Assembly: GCA_013298045.1 (NCBI GenBank)
Contig: JAAFJI010000001.1
Location: forward strand, 1 to 52,471
DNA length: 52,471 nt
Direction of reading: 5' to 3'
DNA from: Betaproteobacteria bacterium
Lineage (GTDB): Bacteria; Pseudomonadota; Gammaproteobacteria; Burkholderiales; Casimicrobiaceae
Position 1 is the stretch's first letter. Every line of letters starts with the position of its first letter. The notes beneath the pieces were generated by a model. That model made no database searches. It worked only from the letters and a program-made list of their open reading frames with translations, and had not been told where the DNA came from. Made by a program: the position numbers and the translations under genes. This document shows positions 21,076-30,843 of this stretch, piece after piece.

Positions 21076-21714
21076 CTACGCGTTGGCTCTCGCGGCAAGG
21101 GCGACCCACGCCTGAACGCTTGGCCGCGCCCATTGCGCGCGCACATACTTCGCGATTTTTTCCGGTATCGGATCGCCGTTGTGTACCAAGCGATTCAACA
21201 TCATCGCCAGATCGGTGTCGGCAATGCTCCAGCCGCCGAACAGGTTGCCCGAATCGATCGGGATCAGCGCATCGGCAAATTGAACGAGTTTCGCGACGGC
21301 CGATTTCGCCTCCGCCGAAAGCGGTTGCGGCTTGTCGTGCTGAAACACCGTGCTCGTTGAGCGCTCCATGCGAATCGGCATCAGATCGCTGCGCACAAAG
21401 GCTTGAATCTGTCGCGCCCGTGCGCGATCGCGAACGTTGCCGGGGTAGACACGCGGCGTGTCGGGAAAGGCCTCTTCCAGATATTCGTCCATCGCGGAGG
21501 ATTCGGAGAGTGCGAAATCGCCATGCAATAGCGTCGGGATACGCTCGGTTAACGAGCGCCGAGCGTAATCGCCGTCACGATGCCCATCGCGATCCATGTC
21601 GATTTCGCGAATTTCGAACGCCAGATTTTTCTCTTTGAGCGTGACGAACGTCGAAAGGGCATACGGGCTGGTGTAGCCGGAGTTCACATAGAGCGCGAGG
21701 GTGTCGTGATGCAT
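21076..21714 (-). CDS. yfcF: Glutathione S-transferase, YfcF-like
   Basis: SPYALS.FV.L.EK, SESSA..EYLEE, RARARQIQA..RSDLMPIR and WSIAD.DLA.MLNRL motifs. Confidence 0.88.
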   Translation of the reverse strand: MHHDTLALYVNSGYTSPYALSTFVTLKEKNLAFEIREIDMDRDGHRDGDYARRSLTERIPTLLHGDFALSESSAMDEYLEEAFPDTPRVYPGNVRDRARARQIQAFVRSDLMPIRMERSTSTVFQHDKPQPLSAEAKSAVAKLVQFADALIPIDSGNLFGGWSIADTDLAMMLNRLVHNGDPIPEKIAKYVRAQWARPSVQAWVALAARANA

Positions 21715-21747
21715 AGCGTCCAACGAAAAACGATAGAGAAGAAAAGT

Positions 21748-22146
21748 TTACGCGCGCGCGAGCTTTGGATCGAGCTGAACCGCCACTTTGCGCAGTGTTG
21801 TGGCGAGATTGCAGAGCGCGGTTGCCAGCGGCTGCAGCACGGAGACCGTAAGCGGCTGCGCGAAGCTTGGGCCGACGTGTTGCACAAGCGGTGACTGCGC
21901 GGCAAGCGCAACCCGGGCCTGCGCGGTGGACGACATCGATTCAATGACCACGCTGCCTTGTTTGCATGGCACTTGAATGCTCTCGCCCGCTTTAATGAAA
22001 AAGTCGGCGCATTGACCGTCTACAGTCACCCAGAGATCGCCCTTGAGCGACTCAATGTGGCGAACTTGATTGGCTTGGAGCACCAGCGTGCGATGCCGAA
22101 TGAGCGACCAATCTTGCGTGGCAAAGGGATAATGAATGTTTTCCAT
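21748..22146 (-). CDS. DUF2917-domain protein
   Basis: G.LWVT.DG...DFF..AGE motif. AAGGAAGG RBS. Divergent from a GcvA-like LysR gene. Confidence 0.75.
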   Translation of the reverse strand: MENIHYPFATQDWSLIRHRTLVLQANQVRHIESLKGDLWVTVDGQCADFFIKAGESIQVPCKQGSVVIESMSSTAQARVALAAQSPLVQHVGPSFAQPLTVSVLQPLATALCNLATTLRKVAVQLDPKLARA

Positions 22147-22247
22147 GACTGCCTTCCTTTCAGGCTAAATGACAAGTGAGGAGACTTGTCAGATTGCATT
22201 TAAGAGGAGAAAATCCGTGAAGTCCAACGAAATGATTGCGGTCAAGG

Positions 22248-22262
22248 CTGCAAATTCTTCAT
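22248..22262. promoter_or_regulatory. Candidate LysR box (CTG-N9-CAT)
   Basis: T-N11-A dyad just upstream of the LysR start, in the divergent spacer. Confidence 0.35.
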
Positions 22263-22265
22263 AAA

Positions 22266-23306
22266 ATGACAACACTCAGCCATCTCCACTCACGCCATCG
22301 TCCGCTCACCCTCGCCGGGCTTCGCGGGTTCGAGGCTGCTGCGCGCCACATGAGCCTGACCAAAGCGGCGGCGGAGTTAAGCCTCACCCAGTCCGCAATT
22401 TCGCGTCAGGTACAGGGGCTTGAAGAAGAGCTCGGGGTGCCGCTGTTTGCCCGAAAAGCACGCGAGATCGCACTAACCCCGGCCGGGCGGCAGTGGTTGC
22501 CTCAGCTCCAGCGCCTGTTGAGCGAACTCGATCATAGTGTCGAGCGTATGCGTCGCGAGGCCGATTCGCCGCGTATTGCGATTTCGACCTTCGCCTCTTT
22601 CGCGTCGCTGTGGTTGATCCCTCGCCTGGGCGGCTTCCGTGCGCTGCGTCCGAATGTCGATATCGACCTAGGGGCGACCGATCGCATCCTGGATTTGTCT
22701 ACCGAGGACATCGATCTCGCGGTGCGCTATCTGCGCCACGAAAGCGCTCCACCCGGCGCGGAGCTTTTGTTTGAAGAGGTGCTGTTTCCGCTGGTGAGCC
22801 CGGGGTATTTAAAAAGCGCGAAACGATTGTGTCGGATTGAAGACCTGACGCAGCACACCTTGATCGAGAGTCGATCGAGCGGACCGGCGGAAATCTCTTC
22901 GAGCTGGCGCGGGTTTTTCGGCAGCCTCGGGCTCGAAGACATGAAGGGTGCTGCCGAGTTGCGCTTCGATTTCATCGCGCAGACGTTGATGGCTGCCGAG
23001 CGAGGGCAGGGGGTCGCGCTCGGTCGCACCTACGGTGCCGATATGTACATGTCCGGCGAGCTCGTACGCGCACTCGACGCCTCGGTGTCTTCCGGCGCCG
23101 GTTGCTATTTGGTCGTCTCCGAGCGTGCGGCGGAACGACCGGATGCGCGGGCGTTCGTCGCCTGGCTGCGAGAAGAAGCGGCGAAATTCAATCGGGAACT
23201 TTCCGCCTGGTTTGCGCGAAGTGTGAATTCGACGCTCGTTTCGCCCGCGTCGGCGCGCGCTCGCCGAACGCAGACGACATCGGTGCGGGAGAAAAAATCC
23301 ACGTGA
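22266..23306 (+). CDS. LysR regulator, GcvA/AmpR-like
   Basis: LRGFEAAARHMSLTKAAAELSLTQSAISRQ and SFASLWLIPRL motifs. Confidence 0.93.
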   Translation: MTTLSHLHSRHRPLTLAGLRGFEAAARHMSLTKAAAELSLTQSAISRQVQGLEEELGVPLFARKAREIALTPAGRQWLPQLQRLLSELDHSVERMRREADSPRIAISTFASFASLWLIPRLGGFRALRPNVDIDLGATDRILDLSTEDIDLAVRYLRHESAPPGAELLFEEVLFPLVSPGYLKSAKRLCRIEDLTQHTLIESRSSGPAEISSSWRGFFGSLGLEDMKGAAELRFDFIAQTLMAAERGQGVALGRTYGADMYMSGELVRALDASVSSGAGCYLVVSERAAERPDARAFVAWLREEAAKFNRELSAWFARSVNSTLVSPASARARRTQTTSVREKKST

Positions 23307-23580
23307 ACCGGTACACCTCACATGGTCAGAGCTAACTCGTCATTCGTCGCAAACCTCGTTTCACAAGGCGATGCGCACGTCGCGCGGCGTACACTTTTGT
23401 GCTTTCCACTGACCCGTTTGCGGTTCGTTGGCGCTCAAAATTTGTCCACATTCGCCCCGTTAAATCGGGGAAATTCGGACGAATCGCAAAATATCATTTA
23501 TTTATCTTTCTGCAATATAAGCCCGAAATCATTGGGCAAATACCTAAAAAGCTGGCGCTACGCCACCGGGATCGCACACT

Positions 23581-26454
23581 ATGGCCATTGACCCTATGAA
23601 ATCTTCGCCGCGCTTCTCGACGATGGCGCTTGCCGCCGCCCTCGCAGTCGCACTCACCGCCTGCGCAACGGTGCAGGCACCGACCGCGCCCGCCGCCGCC
23701 TCGCCCGCGTCTAGCGCGTCCGGCGCAAGTGCAGCCGCCGCTGCAAACGCAGGCGCACCGCCCGCCGCTGCGACGGGCACCAACGCCGACAGAGCCGCAC
23801 CCGCGCGCGCCAGCGCGCCTGCGGCCGGTGCCGCCCCAGCCGCTGCCGCCGCGCCAGGTGCAGGCGCTTCGCCTGGTGGCAGCGCGCCGCCGCCGCGACC
23901 TTTCGCCGAGGTCATCAAAGACGCAAAGGAAGAAAAAGGTTTCTTCACGACGTGGCACAAAGACGACAAGGTCTGGATCGAAGTCCCGGAAGCGATGTGG
24001 GACAAGCCCTTTTTCTTCTCGGTCAACGTCACCCACGCGCTGGGCGATGCGGGCATCTTCGGTAACCAAATGGGCGGCTATTTGGCGGCGGGCGGCGGCG
24101 CGCAGATGGCGAGTTTCCGCAGACACGGTCCCACCGGCGTGCAGTTAATTGCTAAAAATACCGCGTTTACCGCTGCGAAAGATTCCACCGCTGCCAAGAT
24201 GGTCGAGCGTTCGTTCTCCGATTCGTTGCTCGGTAACGCCACCGTCGTGAGTGCGCCGCATCCGGAAAAGAAAAGCGTGTTGATCGAGGCCAATGCGCTG
24301 CTGGTTAACGATTTCCCATCGGTCGCTGCGAAACTGGAGCAGGCGTTTCGCCAGCCCTACGCCTTCGATGGTCGCAATTCAAGCATCGAGCGTGCGAAAA
24401 ACAGCGAAACGGAAACTGGATTCAACGTTCGGGCACATTACAACTTGGCGAAAGTGGTATTGCCGCCGCCGGTGCCTAATCCGATGTCGCCGCCGCCCCG
24501 GGTGCCGTCTACCCTAGCGGATGTGCGCTCGACATTTTTTGGTTTCTACTATGGTTTCTCGAAGCTGCCTGAGCCAATGCGACCACGTCTGGCCGATCAA
24601 CGAGTGGGTTACTTCACAACGGTGGTTAACGATTTCAGTGACACAGCGCGTCGCGATACGAAGAGCCGCTTTATTGAGCGGTGGCGTTTGGAGAAAAAAG
24701 ACCCCTCGGCTGCGATCAGCGAGCCCAAGGAGCCTATCGTCTACTGGCTCGATAAAAACGTGCCACTCGAATATCGCGACACCGTAAGAGCGGGCATTCT
24801 GGAATGGAACAAGGCGTTTCTCGGGGCAGGTTTCAAGGACGCGTTGGTCGTGAAACAGCAAGGCGATGACGCCGATTTCGATACCTCGGCCACCCGCTAC
24901 GCCTCAGTGCGTTGGGTCACGGGGCGCGGCATTAGTTTTGGTGCGAGAGGGCCGTCGAAAGTCGATCCTCGCACCGGCGAAATCCTTGACGCCGATATCG
25001 AGATGAGCGATGAGAATTTCCGCTTCTATCAGGGGCGACTGGTTGAAGATCCGCCGCGTCCGATGAGCCAAAGCGCGCACCTACCGCACTTCCATGCCAA
25101 CGGAGAACTCTGCACCTACGCGCATGGCAAAGCCAACGAAGTCTCTTTCGCGCTTGATCTGCTCGCTGCGCGCGCTGACTTCGACCAAAGCTCGCCTGAG
25201 GCGAAACAGCTGGTGCTAGATGCGATCAAAGACACCACGATTCACGAAGTGGGCCACACGCTTGGATTGCGTCATAACTTTGTTGCATCGACATCGATCA
25301 CGGCTGAACAGCTCCGTGATGCAAAGTTTGGCGCTGAAAACGGTATTGCTTCATCGGTGATGGATTACAACGGTCTCAACATCGCACTTAAAGACGAGCG
25401 CCAAGGTCAGTATTCGATGGTGACCGTGGGCGCGTACGACAAGTGGGCGATTGAATACGGCTACAAAGAAACAACGCCCGCCAACGAAAAGGTCGAGCTC
25501 GACAAAGTGCTCGCCCGTGCTACGGAGCCCGCGCTCGCTTACGCCACCGACGAAGACGCAGGTGTGGGCTCGCTCGTTGAAGGCATTGACCCTGCAGTCA
25601 ATCGCTCCGATCTGGGCAACGATCCGCTGGCGTTTTACGAAAAGCGCTTCACGCTCGCGAGAGAACTATGGGATCGCTGGCAAGCCAAACAGCTGCAACC
25701 CGGTACGCAGTATGAAGTGTTGCGCCGAAATTTTCAGCGAGGCTTTGCTCAATATGAAGTGTTCGGCGAGTTGGCGGCAAAGTACGTGGGGGGTGTGAGT
25801 GTGTTGCGTGATTCTGCGGGCACGGGTAGGCAACCCCTGACGCCGGTGGATGCTTCGCAGCAACGCCGCGCACTCAATTTGCTCACCAAGAATTTGTTTG
25901 AAGTGGATTCCTTCAAGTTCAAACCGGAATTCTTAGGCAAACTCACGCCCGACTTCGAAGCACGTTGGGACGACATTTCCGAGATGGGCACCGGCGCAGT
26001 TCGCAGCCTCGATTTCTCGGTGGCTGGACGAGTGCTCGGAATTCAGCGCAACGTGCTATCACAGTTAATGCGTGACACCGTTGCAGCGCGACTCATCGGC
26101 GCGCCCGAAAAACTCACCGATCCTAGCAGAGCGCTCAGCGTGGCCGAGCTCTACGGCACGCTGCAAAAAGCGGTGTGGAGCGAGATCACAAGCGGTGCTG
26201 CCATTTCTCCGATGCGCCGCAATCTTCAGCGCGAACATCTGCGCATGCTGGCGCAGGGCGTGGCGAGTCCGTCGCCGCGTACGCCCGCCGACGCGCGCAG
26301 CTTGCAGCGCGAATACGCTGTCGAGCTGCTCGGCAAATTGAAAACCGCCGCCGCGAAGCGAGGGCTGTCGATTGAAAACCGGGCGCACCTGAACGAGTCG
26401 ATCTCGGTGCTCGACGCCGCGCTCAAGGCGCAGGTGGCGCGCGCGCTTGGCTAG
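23581..26454 (+). CDS. Lipoprotein zinc metalloprotease (DUF5118/DUF5117/EcxA-DUF4953 architecture)
   Basis: Lipobox LTAC, Ala/Pro linker, HEVGHTLGLRHN, Met-turn SSVMDY, DPRTGEIL and YDKWAIEYGY. Alternative start at 23596. Confidence 0.92.
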   Translation: MAIDPMKSSPRFSTMALAAALAVALTACATVQAPTAPAAASPASSASGASAAAAANAGAPPAAATGTNADRAAPARASAPAAGAAPAAAAAPGAGASPGGSAPPPRPFAEVIKDAKEEKGFFTTWHKDDKVWIEVPEAMWDKPFFFSVNVTHALGDAGIFGNQMGGYLAAGGGAQMASFRRHGPTGVQLIAKNTAFTAAKDSTAAKMVERSFSDSLLGNATVVSAPHPEKKSVLIEANALLVNDFPSVAAKLEQAFRQPYAFDGRNSSIERAKNSETETGFNVRAHYNLAKVVLPPPVPNPMSPPPRVPSTLADVRSTFFGFYYGFSKLPEPMRPRLADQRVGYFTTVVNDFSDTARRDTKSRFIERWRLEKKDPSAAISEPKEPIVYWLDKNVPLEYRDTVRAGILEWNKAFLGAGFKDALVVKQQGDDADFDTSATRYASVRWVTGRGISFGARGPSKVDPRTGEILDADIEMSDENFRFYQGRLVEDPPRPMSQSAHLPHFHANGELCTYAHGKANEVSFALDLLAARADFDQSSPEAKQLVLDAIKDTTIHEVGHTLGLRHNFVASTSITAEQLRDAKFGAENGIASSVMDYNGLNIALKDERQGQYSMVTVGAYDKWAIEYGYKETTPANEKVELDKVLARATEPALAYATDEDAGVGSLVEGIDPAVNRSDLGNDPLAFYEKRFTLARELWDRWQAKQLQPGTQYEVLRRNFQRGFAQYEVFGELAAKYVGGVSVLRDSAGTGRQPLTPVDASQQRRALNLLTKNLFEVDSFKFKPEFLGKLTPDFEARWDDISEMGTGAVRSLDFSVAGRVLGIQRNVLSQLMRDTVAARLIGAPEKLTDPSRALSVAELYGTLQKAVWSEITSGAAISPMRRNLQREHLRMLAQGVASPSPRTPADARSLQREYAVELLGKLKTAAAKRGLSIENRAHLNESISVLDAALKAQVARALG

Positions 26455-26474
26455 TGTCGCGTGCTGGCGAGTCG

Positions 26475-26501
26475 AAAAACGCGACTACGGTCGCGTTTTT
26501 T
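26475..26501 (+). terminator. Intrinsic terminator (bidirectional form)
   Basis: AAAAA-CGCGAC-TACG-GTCGCG-TTTTTT, 20 nt after the protease stop. Confidence 0.85.
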
Positions 26502-26534
26502 GTGCGCCAAAGCCAACGATGCGACAATTTGACG

Positions 26535-27227
26535 ATGCAATATCGCCTGTTCATCCTCGCCACCGTCGCTGCGCTGTTCGCGGCTCCGGCGTGCGCGCAG
26601 GTTCTCCGCCAAGCGCCGACCAACGCGCTCGTCTCAATCGAAGCACCGAGCGCGACGCAATTCAGGCGACTTTGCGAGAACTCCGCCGACCCGGCCGATT
26701 GCGGTAAACGTATCGAGTCGGCAAATCTGAAGCACCCGAGTGCACCCGACGTGGTGCGGCGCGATGGCAAGCTGCTTGCAGTTACGATCCCCGGCGAGCC
26801 ACCGTTCATTTTTGAAGACGTGGACTCGGAGGCCGGACCCAACGTGAGTTTCTACGCCTATTCAAGCGGTGCCGACGCGGTGGTGCTCTACCGTGCACGC
26901 GCTGACAAGCTCGATTTTGTGCTTTTGCATCGCCCGACGGGCAATGTGACCGAGCTGCCGAACGAGCCGAAATTCAATCGCGACGGCCGCTATTTCGCGA
27001 CCGCCGATTTCTGCAAGGACGGCTGCGAAAACCGGCTTGCGGTGTGGCGCATCGAGCGTCGCGGCGCGCTGCGCGAGCGGGTGTTCACACCGCGCGTGCC
27101 GTGGGAGGACGCGGAGGTGAGCTGGGGCAGCAATATCCGGCTGGTGGTCGATGCCACCGAGGGCGGTAAATCCACCGCGATTAACCTGGATGTGAACGAT
27201 CCGCGCTGGACCATTCTCGCGCCGTAG
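26535..27227 (+). CDS. Secreted hypothetical protein
   Basis: Signal peptide [21 protein letters not shown], paired Cys residues and a beta-rich C-terminal half. Confidence 0.75.
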   Translation: MQYRLFILATVAALFAAPACAQVLRQAPTNALVSIEAPSATQFRRLCENSADPADCGKRIESANLKHPSAPDVVRRDGKLLAVTIPGEPPFIFEDVDSEAGPNVSFYAYSSGADAVVLYRARADKLDFVLLHRPTGNVTELPNEPKFNRDGRYFATADFCKDGCENRLAVWRIERRGALRERVFTPRVPWEDAEVSWGSNIRLVVDATEGGKSTAINLDVNDPRWTILAP

Positions 27228-27282
27228 CCACTGCAATTTCCTGTTGCGCCGTACGCGCTCGTTGGGCTCCCTTTTTTTCGCT

Positions 27283-28002
27283 ATGAACGACTCTTCCGAA
27301 CTTCGCTATTCCGAGGCTGAGGCTTTGACCGGTACGCCGCATCGACCGATTCGCAGCTTTGTGGTGCGCGCCGGACGCATGTCGCCGAAGCAGATGCGCG
27401 GGGCAAGCGAGGGCATGGCGCGCTACGGTGTCGCCTTTGCAGCTGCCGAATGCGATTGGTCGCAAGTCTTTGCTCGAAGTGCGCCGATGATCCTCGAAAT
27501 TGGCTTCGGCATGGGACAGACGACCGCCCAGATTGCGGCCGCGCAACCGCAAGTGAACTTCGTCGGTGTTGAGGTTCATCCGCCCGGTGTTGGCAATCTG
27601 TGCAACCTGTTAGATGCACAGGCGCTCACCAATGTGCGGGTGGTTCAGCACGATGCCGTCGAGGTGCTCAAACACATGATCGCCGCAGATTCGCTCTCGG
27701 GTGTGCACATTTATTTTCCCGACCCGTGGCACAAAAAGCGCCATCACAAGCGCCGCTTGATTCAGCCGCCGCTTGTTTCTTTGATTGCCTCACGCCTCGT
27801 GCCGGGTGGATATCTGCATCTGGCCACCGATTGGGTGCCCTACGCCGAGCAGATGCTCGATGTGTTGCGTGCCGAGCCGCAATTTCGCAACAGTACCGCT
27901 GATTACGCGCTGCGCCCAGGCTGGAGACCGCTCACGAAATTCGAAAATAGAGGCATTAATCTCGGACACGAGGTTCGCGATTTATTGTTTTATCGTCAAT
28001 AA
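27283..28002 (+). CDS. trmB: tRNA (guanine-N7) methyltransferase
   Basis: [36 protein letters not shown] and TKFE.RG motifs. Confidence 0.97.
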   Translation: MNDSSELRYSEAEALTGTPHRPIRSFVVRAGRMSPKQMRGASEGMARYGVAFAAAECDWSQVFARSAPMILEIGFGMGQTTAQIAAAQPQVNFVGVEVHPPGVGNLCNLLDAQALTNVRVVQHDAVEVLKHMIAADSLSGVHIYFPDPWHKKRHHKRRLIQPPLVSLIASRLVPGGYLHLATDWVPYAEQMLDVLRAEPQFRNSTADYALRPGWRPLTKFENRGINLGHEVRDLLFYRQ

Positions 28003-28159
28003 AAACAGGGCAATAAAGAGTAAAGTTTTACGTCGATGTGCCTTACGCGACATGTCGCACCTGAATCGCTAACCGCGTCTGTTTCGATATCGATTGAACT
28101 GCCGAAGTCATGGCAACGACTCAATCGCCATACCGATTCACTTTACGCGAGAAATAGCC

Positions 28160-28735
28160 ATGAAATCCGCCCCACGCTTGTTTACCGCCGCACTCCGCCT
28201 TGCCGCAGCCGGTGCGATTGCAACCGCTGCTCTGACCGCAGTGGCCGCACCTGCTGCAACGCCGGCGCTGCCGAAAAGTCCAAACGCGCCGCAAATCGAT
28301 CCGGCGCTGCTCAAGGGTGTCGTTCAGCGCCCCGATCTCACCGTGATGAGCATTCAGCCGCGCATGCTCGGGGCAACGCCCTACGCCTACGTGTGCGTGA
28401 AAAACACGGGCCCCGTTGCCGCTGGCGCGTTTGACGTTCAGCTCACGATGGGGGCCGCGCATCCGACCGGCTCGCCGCCGATCTCTTGGATTACGCTGGT
28501 TGGCACCATTCGTTACCCGAACGTTCCGGCGAACGGTGGATTCACCTGCAATGATTTCAAATTGCCAGGTCAAGGATTGCCGAACTGCGTGAAATACACC
28601 GCGAAAGCCGACGTGCGAAGCGAGATTTCCGAGAGCAACGAAGCCAACAACACGCGCGAACATTTAGGCGGATGCCTTGGCGAGCCACCTCATCCGGCGA
28701 GCAGTCCAAAATTCGGCGCTCAGCCGACGCGCTAG
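28160..28735 (+). CDS. Secreted CARDB/Ig-like domain protein
   Basis: Signal peptide. PDLTV...VKNTG...AGAF.V and AD...EISESNEANN signature. Confidence 0.75.
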   Translation: MKSAPRLFTAALRLAAAGAIATAALTAVAAPAATPALPKSPNAPQIDPALLKGVVQRPDLTVMSIQPRMLGATPYAYVCVKNTGPVAAGAFDVQLTMGAAHPTGSPPISWITLVGTIRYPNVPANGGFTCNDFKLPGQGLPNCVKYTAKADVRSEISESNEANNTREHLGGCLGEPPHPASSPKFGAQPTR

Positions 28736-29466
28736 CGAAGCACGAGATCGGCGTAGCAGGTTCGCGCCGTGCCGCCGAGGGAGTCGGTATCGGTCATGAT
28801 GCCAATACTTTCGATTTCGCCGGGCTCCTCCCCGGCGAAGGCACGCCGAAAATCCTCCCGTACGTTGCGTTCGAACGAAAGCCATTGTCTGAGCCCGGGC
28901 TCGCCGCTGCGAACCACGATTTTCTTGATGCGCGATACGGTGTGATGCGGAATGACCGCTTCCGGCTTCGCGTCTGCCTCCCAGATGTACTGCAGGCTCG
29001 CGAACGGAATTTCCCAACCGCCGATCAGCTTTGCCATATTCATTGCCGAGCGATCGAGCGCATCTAGCTTTGACCGATCACCACGAAACGCGACCAGCAC
29101 ACGAGCCGCCGCGTCGTCTTTGCCCGCGATCTCGCTGTCGGCGCCCGCAGGTAGATTGTTTGCGTTCCACCGCCACGACAAGGTTGATGCTGACGCAAAC
29201 ACGCTTGGCACAGCTGCTGCGTGAAGCGACCAGGTGGCGCTAGATTGTGCGAGAACGCAGGGCACGCCGTCGATTTCCGCGCGCGAGTAATCGGTGGGCG
29301 TTTTAAAACGAATCGCGACCGATTGCCAGGGGGGCTGCGCCGGGTCGTTCGGCAGTATGAAACGATTCCCAGCGACCGTCCCGGGCGACGCCGGTGGCGT
29401 CGAAAGCGTCGAACAACCACTCAATGCGAGCGCCGCAAGCACTAAAAGCCAAACCGTTCGCGTCAC
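28732..29466 (-). CDS. DUF3047-family lipoprotein
   Basis: Lipobox LSGC. WRW...DDAAARV, L.YIW, RNV.EDF..AF and IMTDTD motifs. Confidence 0.85.
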   Translation of the reverse strand: MTRTVWLLVLAALALSGCSTLSTPPASPGTVAGNRFILPNDPAQPPWQSVAIRFKTPTDYSRAEIDGVPCVLAQSSATWSLHAAAVPSVFASASTLSWRWNANNLPAGADSEIAGKDDAAARVLVAFRGDRSKLDALDRSAMNMAKLIGGWEIPFASLQYIWEADAKPEAVIPHHTVSRIKKIVVRSGEPGLRQWLSFERNVREDFRRAFAGEEPGEIESIGIMTDTDSLGGTARTCYADLVLR

Positions 29467-29516
29467 GATCGTCCCGCTGCCGCTACACGCGCGGCAAGTT
29501 CAAACAGTTCGGGAGC

Positions 29517-30341
29517 TTAGCCCGATTTTTGTGCGCCGTCGTCCATGAGAACCCTCGACAGTGCGTGGGCCACAGCAGGCGTGCCCGCAATCACACGATT
29601 GCTTTGAAGGAAGTTTTGACTGCCGTCGAAATCGCAGACCACACCGCCTGCCTCGGTCACCAACAGCGCGCCTGCAGCCGCGTCCCACGCAGCCAGGCTC
29701 ATCACAAAAAAGCCGTCCAGCCGCCCGGCCGCGACCTGCGCCAGATCAAGCGCCGCCGCGCCTGTGCGGCGAATGCTCGCCGCCGCGCGCGCCACCCGAA
29801 GCCAGCGCGATAGCACCGACTCGAAGCTCGCGTTCGCACTTGACGGCAACACTGAGGCGACCAGCGCGCGCGACAGACCGTCGCACGCGCTGACGGTAAG
29901 TCGAACCGGCGCACTCTTCGCCGATTGCAGCCACGCGCCGCCACCGCGCTCCGCGTAGAAGAACTCGCCCGTGAGCGGATTGGCGATCACGCCAAGCCGA
30001 ACTTCGCCCGCCAACTCGACGGCGATCGATACGGCGAAATAGGGAAAGCCGTGCACAAAATTGAAGGTACCATCAAGCGGATCGACGATCCAGCGCCAAC
30101 CGCTTGCCGAGTGTTCCGGGACGAGCGCCCGTTCGCCGCCTTCCTCGCCGAGCATGCAGTCGCCCGGAAATATCGCTGCGATCCGTGCCGCGAAAAGCGC
30201 CTCTACCTTGGCGTCGGTTTCGGTCGCGAAATCGTTTGCGGATTTCTCGGAGATTCGATGTTGACCGTGCCGGTACGCTGCCTCAATTTCAAAGCTCGCT
30301 TCGGCAGCAAGATCGAGCGCCAGTTGCAGTCGTGGGTTCAT
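29517..30341 (-). CDS. Inositol monophosphatase family (SuhB-like)
   Basis: GEE, WIVDPLDGTFNF, R.TGAAALDL and WDAAAG motifs. Confidence 0.92.
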   Translation of the reverse strand: MNPRLQLALDLAAEASFEIEAAYRHGQHRISEKSANDFATETDAKVEALFAARIAAIFPGDCMLGEEGGERALVPEHSASGWRWIVDPLDGTFNFVHGFPYFAVSIAVELAGEVRLGVIANPLTGEFFYAERGGGAWLQSAKSAPVRLTVSACDGLSRALVASVLPSSANASFESVLSRWLRVARAAASIRRTGAAALDLAQVAAGRLDGFFVMSLAAWDAAAGALLVTEAGGVVCDFDGSQNFLQSNRVIAGTPAVAHALSRVLMDDGAQKSG

Positions 30342-30498
30342 CGGTGAAGAATACGGCAAACTAAGAAGCTCGCGCGCTCCATCGATTGCAATAACGGTCG
30401 AAGAAGCGCTCGCCCTTCGCCCCAGTCCCTGCGGACTCGGGGAGAAAATCGTTTGCCAGATGCATCCGCGCCCGGCGAACACAACCCGAGGAGCCCCC

Positions 30499-30816
30499 GT
30501 GTCCGACATTTCGATCAAGCGCCCGCATTCCGTCACGCTCGCCGAGGCAAAAAAAGTCGCCGACAAGGTCGCCGCCAAGCTCGAAAAGGAGTATCAGCTA
30601 AAGTCATCGTGGGCGGGCGACGTGCTCAACTTCTCCCGAAGCGGCGTCAGCGGCACGCTCGCGGTCTCCGCCAAAGAGTTCAAGATCGACGTCAAGCTCG
30701 GGTTCTTGATGGCCGCATTCAAAGGGCCGATTCAGTCCGCCGTCGAGCAGAATCTGGACAAACTGCTCAAAGCCCCCGCCGCCGAGAAAAAGCCAGCCGT
30801 CAAAGCGAAAAAATAA
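30499..30816 (+). CDS. Polyhydroxyalkanoic acid system protein (TIGR02610-like)
   Basis: I.I.RPH, W.GD.LNFSRSGVSG.L and LGFL...FK..I motifs, with a Lys/Ala tail. GAGGAG RBS before GTG. Confidence 0.85.
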   Translation: MSDISIKRPHSVTLAEAKKVADKVAAKLEKEYQLKSSWAGDVLNFSRSGVSGTLAVSAKEFKIDVKLGFLMAAFKGPIQSAVEQNLDKLLKAPAAEKKPAVKAKK

Positions 30817-30843
30817 TCGCGTCCCGACCTCCTGCGCAGATGA

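Noticed and set aside
23670-23900. GCC-rich quasi-repeats
   Set aside because: They encode the Ala/Pro linker of the protease and are not a DNA repeat element or CRISPR.
30342-30578. N-terminal extension of the inositol monophosphatase
   Set aside because: It overlaps the divergent PHA-system gene. Homology and a -10 box support ATG 30341.
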